Positions 1 to 8,900 of a stretch of 14,000 nucleotides of DNA are shown piece after piece (the stretch's first letter is position 1; each line of letters begins with the position of its first letter). The position numbers were made by a program, and so were the translations under genes. Source of the stretch: Takakia lepidozioides (taxonomy: Eukaryota; Plantae; Bryophyta); contig JAKLZA010000057.1 of NCBI GenBank assembly GCA_030704615.1, forward strand, positions 1 through 14,000, in the 5' to 3' direction. Below the pieces are notes generated by a model. It was not told the DNA's origin. It searched no databases and saw nothing but the letters and a program-made list of their open reading frames with translations.

Positions 1-2
1 GG

Positions 3-440
3 ATGAACTTACGCTTTGTGCATGGGGATGAGCTGGCAACAGCTTACGGCTTTATTATATGATGTCTTATTCTAACAGCTAGTTTAGGATTAGATTAGGA
101 TGGGACTGGGTGATGTGGCTTCTTTCTATGGCTATGCTGGAACGACATCTGGCTGGCCTATGTGTAAGTGTCACGCGACACAAAGATTATATTATGACCT
201 AATGCTATTTAAGCTACAATGTCGTGGCAGTGGGGGTGGTGGTTTTGATCTCAAGTTTGTACGAACACTAAGTGACGGGGTGCTCAAGTACTTGCATGAA
301 CACTGTGTGGATGTTTGAGTCTGTTACGTCCTCTTCGCGAGACTCCGTCTTCTCCGCCAGACCCATCTACTGACTACATTCCCTTGATAGAGCTGAATCC
401 GGTAGAGGAAGGAGAATAGACCCATAGCGCCGGATCGTGC
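3..440 (+). pseudogene. Degenerate coding-like segment, possibly an upstream part of the SWIM gene
   Basis: ORF 100-318 is flanked by coding-like frames broken by TGA/TAG and small indels; same strand as the SWIM fragment. No domain recognised. Confidence 0.3.
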
Positions 441-482
441 CCCCCCCCCCCCACACCACCTAAATATATATATACATATATT
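440..482. repeat. Poly-C run and short (TA)n microsatellite
   Basis: C13 at 440-452 followed by ATATATATATACATATA. Confidence 0.8.
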
Positions 483-559
483 ATTTTTGGGAGGTTTTTG
501 GTTCACGGGCTGCCAAACTGGTGTTTTTTTTTGTCGCGACTGGTGGTGGGCCAGCTGCT

Positions 560-987
560 ATGGTGCATCCACCAGCCTATACTTCGCATCCCACAAAAAA
601 GAATGGCAAAACAGTACATCATGTGCCTTCGGGGCCTAATCACGATGTGAAGGTGGAATCTGCCAGACTTCTTTAGGCTCGGGTAACATGAACTATGGAA
701 GTTCCTTCACCTGTGTATGGACGAGTTTATACTTTGGTCACTTCTGGGTCTGTTTTGGGACGACAGGGCATATTAGGTGACGGTGTGTAATTTTCCAGAT
801 TGTACCTGTCTGGACTTTGTGTCCATGCGCGAGGGCAGTCTCGGGAAGAGAGGGACATGGTTCCTTGCAAGCATCTTTACTACATCTTTTTGCGCAGGAT
901 GTATTGTGACCAATTCATTCACCATGCGACACTTGTCCTAGCGAGGTGAAGACACTTTTGCAGCAAGACAATGGCAATGGTGAGTAG
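560..987 (+). pseudogene. Decayed SWIM zinc-finger protein, probably transposon-associated
   Basis: From 771: Y*VTVCNFPDCTCLDFVSMREGSLGKRGTW/VPCKHLYYIFLRRMYCDQFIHHATL/SEVKTLL, a CxC...CxH SWIM pattern. Upstream frame MVHPPAYTSHPTKKNGKTVHH...KVESARLL*ARVT*TMEVPSPVYGRVYTLVT. Contains in-frame stops and 1-bp frameshifts. Confidence 0.75.
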
Positions 988-1274
988 TGTGGCATATGTT
1001 ATGATTTTTGCCATGTCTAGGCAGGGCTGCATTGTTTGTAGAAGTTCCTCTGTTTATGGTGCCGTGACATTGGGTCCTAAACAAGAACATTGTTTGTAAC
1101 TCAATGTAGACACAGTTCCTGGTTTTCATGTTGGTTTTGTTATAAAGGATCTGGTTTCCTGTCTACTGGTAGACTCATTTGCTGTGACTACATAGAACAT
1201 GACATTTCCAAATGGTGAAGTTCTGCAATTGTTCTGTTAGTGGCAGTAACCTCATTTCAAATAACATATTCTCA

Positions 1275-1700
1275 CCCACTTCATGATGATCCACAATTTT
1301 CTTGGAACCTCAATAAGCTTCACGATGACCATCTGATTTTTCTTCACCTTCTTCAATAACAAAAACCTGGACAAGTTTCACAATGAGCGCTCATTGTTTT
1401 TTCACCTCTTCTTAAAAAACAAAGCCTAAATGAGCTTCATGATGACCATCCGCATTATTTTTTAACCTCTCCTTCAATATTCCATCCATCCATCATCCAT
1501 CCATCATGGATGGAATATTGCAAACCTCAGTAAGCTTCACAATGATTAACATCCAATTTTTTTTGCCTCTTCTTCAGTAACAAACCCTAAATAAGCTTCA
1601 TGATGACTTACCAAGCTTTTTTTTTCACCTCTTCTTCAATAACAAAACCCTAGTAAGCTTCACAATGAGCATCCATTTTTTCTATACCTTTTTTCTTAAG
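1275..1700. repeat. Degenerate ~60-bp minisatellite (6-7 units)
   Basis: Recurring AAGCTTCA(C/T)(A/G)ATGA..CATCC..TTTTTTCACCTCTTCTTCAATAACAAA(A)CCCTA near 1315, 1373, 1432, 1532, 1593, 1654. Confidence 0.8.
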
Positions 1701-1934
1701 CACCGTAATTGCTTCCACGATATTAATAGGACCCCCTCTACACCCAGTCCTCGATTATAGGGCCTGCTTCTCCCTCCTCTAAACCCTAGGCTCAGGCTTT
1801 AGAGGGCAAAGCGTGAGCCCAGCTCCTAGGCTCGCGCGGATGGGCTCACGCCGTAGCTGTGCTCCACATTCAACCGGGTTCTGTTGGATCTTATTTGATT
1901 GCCTTGAAAATTGGCAGGCGCATGCAGGAGGTAC

Positions 1935-1951
1935 TTAGAGCACCCCCAACG
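1935..1951 (+). mobile_element. Candidate PIF/Harbinger left terminus (TTA + GAGCACCCCCAACG)
   Basis: TTA target-like triplet followed by a sequence resembling plant Tourist/PIF TIRs (GAGCATCTCCAA type), ~820 bp upstream of the Myb/SANT pseudogene. No clean matching right TIR found. Confidence 0.35.
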
Positions 1952-2761
1952 TAGGTATGTCATTTCCAACGCTACTTTGGCACGGCGTTTCCCGGATCGT
2001 GACCCACCGTACCCTGCCAACACTATATTTGGCGCGGAGGGACCTACACCAAGGGCAGGGGGTACGCCATATTTTATATCTTTGGCGTACCTCACCAAAC
2101 CTCCGCCAAGCTTGCACGTGCACGCCCAACCACTGGGGAGCAAGTCAGGTGCGGGCACGTCGTGCAAAGCTATCGAAGAAGACGTGCTCTTGCTTTCAAT
2201 TTCAAATCTAGTTTTGTATACACACAGTTTCACGCATACAGAAGCAGCAGCAGGGCGCGACGGATCCGAAGGCACAAAGCGAGCAATGTGAGTAAAGAGC
2301 AAAAATGAAAGGTGAAAGGAGGAAGGAAGCATCAGGGTATTCGCTCCTCTTTCGCTCTGGTTTTCATTCCCTGTTTGTGTAGCACTCGTGGGCTTTCGCT
2401 CTTCCTCAATCTAAAAACCTTATCTGTTTCTTTGCTAGGTTCATTTCCCTTATGGCATCACTTGTTGCTTTTGAAGGCCAATGTTGTGACGACTTTTGTT
2501 TTATTCAACTTCTCGACTTCTGTTTTATTCGGACCGACTTCTATTTTATTCCAACTTCCCGATGTGGAGGTCCCAACCGTCTGTATGATGAACTCCCTCT
2601 GTTGCTCCCCAGCCACGACCTAGCCCTTGTACGTCATTGGTATGCTCTCGTTGCATTTTCCTTCATGTTTCTGCCTACTCTATATTCTATGTCCATCTCT
2701 TCACTTTGTGAGTATGCTATGGTTGTGTAGGTTGCAAGATTGATTTGCTTCTTGCATCCAC

Positions 2762-3784
2762 ATGGCTGAAAATAGAGGATCAAAGAAAGGGAAGAATTTC
2801 ACAGCAGAAGAGGAGGTTCAGCTATGCAGAAGTTGGCTTGCTATTGTTCAAGATCCAATTACAGGGACTAGGCAGAAAGCTCAACTTTTTTGGGAGAGGA
2901 TTGCTCTACATTACAACAAGAACAAGCCTCAGAAGTGCCTAGAGAGATCTTGGCGATCGTTAGAGAGTAAGTGGCAGGGAGTGAAAACTGATGTCAACAA
3001 GTTCGATGGTTGTTATGTTCAAGTGGAGGCATTGAATGAGCCCAACACCAATGAAGAGGACATAAAGTTGAAGGCTGCAACAATGTTCAAGGATAATTAG
3101 TAGAAGGGCCAGAGCTTCACATTCATTCACTGTTGGGAATTGTTGGGAATTGCTCAAGGATGTGCCCAAGTGGGCAGGGATCAAGAGAAAGTACAAGCCA
3201 AGAAGCGCAATAGACCGGAGATTGCCCAGAACGAACCAGAGGTTAATTCCACATATGGCAATGATAGTCTAGGCTCCACCTTTGAGCACATGTGAACTAT
3301 CCCAATCTGATTTCCCACAGAGACCCAAGGCTCCAAAGCAGTGAAACTAGAGAGGAAATGCAAGGCTGTTCAATTTCAGGCTGCTGAAACCCAAGCCAAA
3401 GCTACTCAGGATCTAACTAATGCCACCTTTGAGAATATTCTAAAGGAGCAAGGTATTCTACAATTGATGACATTTTCAGGCAAAAACTGACGCCAATGAG
3501 TGCATCGAATTGAAGAGAGCTCGTGAGTTGAAGCTCTTCAAGGATCAACTGTGAAGGGAGATAGAGATGGGCGCCAAATAACAAGTCAAGAGAGCCCACC
3601 AGTTCAGCCCCAACCTATGACAGGGCCTCAAGTTCCATTGGATAATTTGAACAATGGACCGAGGGCCACTCGCACAAATGTGCTTGAGGGCGAGTTCTCT
3701 CCTCCAAGGGGAACTTGGAATTCTCTAGCATTTGTGCAAGGAAATATGATTGATGATGACTATTCGCACTTGCAGTTGCACTAG
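2762..3784 (+). pseudogene. PIF/Harbinger-type Myb/SANT-like protein with NAM-associated C-terminal region, disrupted
   Basis: KNFTAEEEVQLCRSWLAIVQDPITGTRQKAQLFWERIALHYN...RSWRSLESKWQ...VNKF.GCY is the typical plant Harbinger ORF1/GST-T3-like Myb-SANT pattern. After TAG TAG (3098-3103) it continues KGQSFTFIHCWELLKDVPKW once the 10-bp duplication TGTTGGGAAT (3131-3150) is removed, and later has an RP/xGSKAVK-like motif. More stops follow. Confidence 0.85.
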
Positions 3785-4020
3785 AAATTCGGTTCCCTTC
3801 ACAACTCAAATGCATTATGCACCAGAAAGTTGCCCAAGTAGCATAGGGTTCCAATTTATTTAGGGTCAACTTTGGTAGCATGAGGTAGTTTAGGCTATTA
3901 CTACAATTTAGAAAGGATGGAAAGACACTCTTCAGTTTGTAACCTGGTGTTCATTTTGGCAATAAAATATGTCCCTGATTACTTCACCTTGCATAAGAAC
4001 AGGGATGGAGAGGTTAGAGA

Positions 4021-4450
4021 ATTTTGAATGTGTACATGATTACTTCATTGCCAAGCTGCCAAGCTGATTGACCCCATCTTGCATAAAATATCAAATGGAA
4101 GGGCTAAAGGAGTCCAAATCTCTTATGGTATATATCATTGGAACCACACAGACCTGCTCTTGATGATCCCACAAAAACCCACGACATACTAGGACCATTC
4201 TGGTATTTTAAAATACATATACCGGTCCAACACTGGTTACTACTAGTGTTGGGTGGGTATATTTGAAACCAAATAGTAGGAAGACCATTTTGAATGTGTA
4301 CATGTACCAAGCTGCCAAGCTGCCAAGCTGATTGACCCCACCTTGCAGAAGGGAGATTAAATGGAAGGGCTAAAGGAGTCCAAATCATGCATGCTATATG
4401 TTCTTGGAACCACACAGACCTGCTCTTGATGATCCCACAAAAATCCAGGA
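4021..4450. repeat. Diverged ~160-bp direct duplication (4021-4182 and 4287-4450)
   Basis: Both copies share ATTTTGAATGTGTACATG, CCAAGCTGCCAAGCTGATTGACCCCA, AAATGGAAGGGCTAAAGGAGTCCAAATC and TTGGAACCACACAGACCTGCTCTTGATGATCCCACAAAAA. Confidence 0.9.
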
Positions 4451-5108
4451 GATACAATCAACCCAATAGGTGGCCAAGTAACGTGCGGTCAGTTGTTAGA
4501 TATTGTTGTTATTGTGGTTAAACTTAAATACCATATGACCATAGTGTCATGGCTCATTTTTTAATTCATACCCATTCTATGAGTATTTTTAATCCATACC
4601 TATTCTCCTCAATAAGTTACTCCTTAACATATGGAGTCGGGACGGGGGAGCTCCGCAATGGAGCTCCGCAAAAGCCGGTGAGTGGCTCCGGGACTTATCC
4701 ATTTTCTAGGCTCTTGCTCCCCCAATGCTTCGTAATTCTTTCTCTTCCTCTTCCCCCTCCCCAATGTCTTCATCAGTTTCTATTCATACCTACTGTGGAA
4801 TGAATGTTTCTCGAGGAGTTCGGTGAAATTCCCCTTCTTCATCTCCAGCCATCCTTTGATAATGGTGATGCCCCACCACCTTAAATGATCTTTTCATCCG
4901 ACGCTGTGAGGTCCACACGTCCATTTTTATGTGCTTCCAGCTCCTTCATGTCTCGTGTGGCGCGGTTTCCTCTCTGTTTTGGAAACTCTTACTTTTGTTT
5001 GCTGCTTCTCTGCACCAGGCATTAACGCAAAGTCGGCTATGTTATAGCTCTGGTCTCCTGCTCCAGGGTGGAGAGTTTAAGTTTTTCTCGTTTTCTATGT
5101 TGCTTGGC

Positions 5109-5710
5109 GGGGGGTGCTATTCCGTGAGCCTGGAGGCGTGAGCCTGTGAGCCCAGGAAAGCGTGAGCCCAGCACAGGCTCACGCCACGTCAGCATGCAAA
5201 CAGTGCCTATTTCCGCGGATGTCACCTATTTCCGAGTGGTGTCACCTATTTCCGCGGGTTGATGTGGGGAGAATTGAGAATTGAGAACAAAGTGGTTTGT
5301 TTGTTTTTGCAATGTACTCAAGTCTGTGAGGTCCACAAAACAACAAATATATTGAAGGAACAATCGGGTAGTCCATGCAACCCCCATCTCCAACAATAGT
5401 TTGGAACCATGAATGTGAATTCCACGCACACATTGCAAAGAGGACAATAAGGACACACAACCATCCCATTTCAAATTTGTCCCAGAATTAAACCAAAAGA
5501 ATACTTCATATCAAGTGTCGCAGTCATCACAATCAGTGTCCACCTCTTGTGCTATGTCATCTACAAAGATTCTGGCCCCAACACCACGTGTTCTACGAAG
5601 GCCATCGCAAGGTGGACTCTGAGTGCCATGAACGGACATGCTTGCTGCGAGTGCCTCCGCATAGACAGGTAGCACACAAGACCGAGGAGGACTGAAAACA
5701 AGTCCAAATA
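5109..5710. mobile_element. Terminal segment of a related element ('element A') interrupted by element B
   Basis: Begins GGGGGGTGCTATTCCGTGAGCC, has GTGAGCC repeats (5124-5185) and three CCTATTTCCG repeats (5206, 5225, 5245), and holds the 3' end of a paralogue of the ParB-MTase gene. Confidence 0.6.
5511..5708 (-). pseudogene. Truncated last exon of a paralogue of the ParB-MTase gene
   Basis: Open frame FGLVFSPPRSCVLPVYAEALAASMSVHGTQSPPCDGLRRTRGVGARIFVDDIAQEVDTDCDDCDT* (not in the ORF track). SPPRSCVLPVYAEALAA matches SPEREYILPTYAARLAS (6320-6270) at 9/17, and ARIFVDDIAQE matches ARRFVLDSAEE at 7/11. Same order and strand, both followed by an acidic tail. Confidence 0.7.
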
Positions 5711-5948
5711 GGGGGGGCTGCTATTTCATGAGCGGCATGAGCATGAGCGGCATGAGCATGAGCGGAAAAAAAAAAAGCATGAGCAGACCATTGTGAGTCC
5801 ACGGAAATAGGGTTAGGAGGCACGGAAATAGGGTCATGTGAAGTTGGAATGTGGCACCAGTGGACTTAAAATGCAACATTTTATTGCAAATTTTGTGGCA
5901 AGCCACGTCTATACAAGTGTGTTCTAACTGTCATAGCCGGAATGGGCA

Positions 5949-8900
5949 CTACTCTCCTACACCCTCCGAGGAACTTGCCCCACCTTCTTCCTCATCCCCC
6001 TCATCCCCCTCATCCTCCGAGCTCTGTGATGCATCAGTTCCACTATGCCTCTCAAAAATCCCGTCCTCTCCTTGGGGGACTGTCCACCTCACCTCCTGGG
6101 AATCTTCTGCGTCTTCTCCCCCACTTTCCTCAGCAGAATCCAACACAAATCTACGAGCCCGACGGGCTCTAATAGCTGCTGCCTCCTCCCTCATCTTCAT
6201 TTTCTTGAGGCTTGCCTCGTCTAAAATCTGCTGTACACGACTACGTTCGGAACACCTCCTAATGGACACCGAAGCAAGCCGGGCAGCATAAGTAGGCAGG
6301 ATGTACTCCCTTTCTGGACTAGGCATGAAATCTCCCCTGGCAAAAAAAGGCACGTTCCTCCTGCCCATGAACTCCGGTGTAGACGTCCCTCCGGCAGTAC
6401 TTGGCATCCTACAGTAAGAACAAATCCACTTGAAGAATGTCAATACCAGCACAACCAGAAAGGGTTTTCAATGAAATAAGAGAGCGGAGGGAGGTGCCTC
6501 ACAAAATCTGGAGGCAACTTACAATGCCACCACTCACTCGTAAACCGGGGCTCCTCGGCCTCGATCCCAACTTCCTCCCCCCCCCTGCTCCTTCTCGGAT
6601 TTTTCCTCATCCCCGAGGATGCCTCTTCCTCTTTCGGCAGACGTTCAGCCGCTGCAAGTTCCGAGTTGTGGAGGGCAGTATCTGGCTCGAAGGCGAACAC
6701 ATGCCTGTCGGACAACGTCCCTGCCCACATTGAAGCACCTGAGGAACAAAGCGGGCGGTTAATAGCTTGCGGCATGCAATTGCAATGGGGCCAGGGGACA
6801 AACTGAGCACGTGAAGGCTTACCCGTGCCGCATGTGAGGTCCAGAATCCGCCCTTGGACATCCGAGCACGTCTCCATGAGGGTTTGGATGAAAGCAGGGC
6901 TTCGGGTCCGGCTGTACCGCCACGGTTTGCCTGTCTTTGTGTCCTTCGGCATACTAGAGTGGGGCACATAGTTGTAGAGGACATCGTAGGTTACAGGGTC
7001 CACAGCGGCATCAACAAGACGACCGTCGTTGCGGAATTTGAACGTAGACCCTCTCTTCACAAAGCAATATGCCTCAAACACCAATGTCTGCACATCCAAC
7101 AAAGAAGGGATCAATTCCAGGGTCTACTTAACATACACCACAATATGAAGTGAATGCAATAGATTGATAACTTACACTTTGGCCCTCTGTTCGCAACCCC
7201 TGCGTACTGATGCAGAACCATTTTCTGAGGAGGACCGGGGTGACACTTTTCGGTGTCCACCTTGCCACCGCATTCTCTGTGGTCTTCCCTCTCGTGGCAA
7301 GGACAACCACACATCCACCGTCATCCAGAAGCATCCCCGCCAGCCCAAACCCGGCTTTCCAGTAGTCCTCAGTAAACCTGTTCCAGGTGGGCACACCATC
7401 CAGGCCCTCCAGCAGCTCCCCATCTGGAATGTCGAGGAGAATCATGTCGCAAGCTCTCTCCACCTCAACCCCCCCCCGAGTGCTCTTGCAATTCGTGCTC
7501 ACAGCCGTGAAGAATTCCATCATGGCTTCAAAACCAGGGGTGTCTTTAGGCTCTGTACCGGCAGCCCTCTTCTTGGCTTTCCCCTTCTGCTCCGCCAGAG
7601 ACTTGTTGTGTGCCACCTTCTTCGCCCTGGCAGCGAGAGCGTCAAGGAAGCTCTCATTGACGCATTGGATGATGGTTGGAGGTTCTAGCTTTGGCCTGTG
7701 CGTAAACGTCACCGCCGAATACCGCCGTGTAGGCTCGCCCTCAAATGCCAACTTCTTGGCAGAGCCAGTCCCACTCCGAACTGACTTGGGAACCCGGACG
7801 ACCGGTGACTGGGTAGGAGCAACAGCAGTCGCAGGACCTTGAACAAAATCGGCGTCGGAGTCACTCTCTTGGGTCCCCTCCTGCGCCTCCTCCGATGCCC
7901 CGATGGTTTTCTTCTTTTTGGGTGTTACTGCAGTCACCTGTTTCCTTGTCCTTTTCCTTTGACCTTTACTCTTCTCATGCAATTTCTCCTGAATTCCTGC
8001 CTGAGCAAGCTCTGCCGCTTTCCTGGAGTTCGCAAGCGCTTTTGCCTCTTTTGCACCCAACGGAGGCAGCGGAGCCCGGTTTCGTCGGAATTCAGCATCC
8101 AGCTTCAATTGAAACTCGGATGGGTCGAGCGAGCCGGGCGGAAGGTCCACATACCAAGGGCAATCACGCAAATGTTCCAGATGCCACTCCTTCACAATAT
8201 CGTCAGTGTACATGGAGTCAGCCCCAGGGTTCCTCCATGCCAGGAAGAATGGTGGCTCGAAAGACAGATGACCTTTCTCCAAAAGCGAGAACTTACAGTA
8301 CCTGCATTCATGAAAAAAACCCAATGAGGTCCGAAAATGGCTAAGTCCCTGAACGGCAATAGGGCCTACAACTGGAATATGGCGCCGAATTTCCACTTCA
8401 GGGCCACCCAGTCTAGGGACTTAGCCCGAAAATGGCTAAGTCCCTGGACGGCAATAGGCCTGGAACTGGAAAACGGCGCCGAATTTCCACTTCCGGGCCA
8501 GCCACCCTAGGGACTTAGACCAAAAATGGCTAAGTCCCTGGACGGCAATAGGGCCTAGAACTGGAAAACGGCGCCGAATTTCCAGTTCCGGGCCAGCCAC
8601 CCTAGGGACTTAGACCGAAAATGGCTAAGTCCCTGGACGGCAATAGGGCCTGGAACTGGAATATGGCGCCGAATTTCCACTTCAGGGCCAGCCAGTCTAG
8701 GGACTTAGCCCGAAAATGGCTAAGTCCCTGGACGGCAATAGGGCCTAGAACTGGAAAACGGCGCCGAATTTCCAGTTCCGGGCCAGCCACCCTAGGGACT
8801 TAGACCGAAAATGGCTAAGTCCCTGGACGGCAATAGGGCCTGGAACTCGAAATATGGCGCCGAATTTCCACTTCAGGGCCAGCCAGTCTAGGGACTTAGC

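Noticed and set aside
1581-1790. Telo-box or telomere remnants (AAACCCTA at ~1582, ~1645, ~1781)
   Set aside because: Isolated copies, two of them within minisatellite units; no tandem TTTAGGG array and no support for function.
1826-2730. ORFs 1826-2332, 1911-2291, 2312-2623, 2452-2730 as genes
   Set aside because: No motifs, overlapping on both strands; more consistent with terminal, promoter and 5' UTR/intron sequence of the Myb/SANT element.
5109-5730. Assigning the GGGGGG(C)TGCTATT termini to a named superfamily (CACTA, Helitron, hAT, Mutator)
   Set aside because: No CACTA start, no Helitron hairpin plus CTRR end, and no second end, TSD or transposase in the window.
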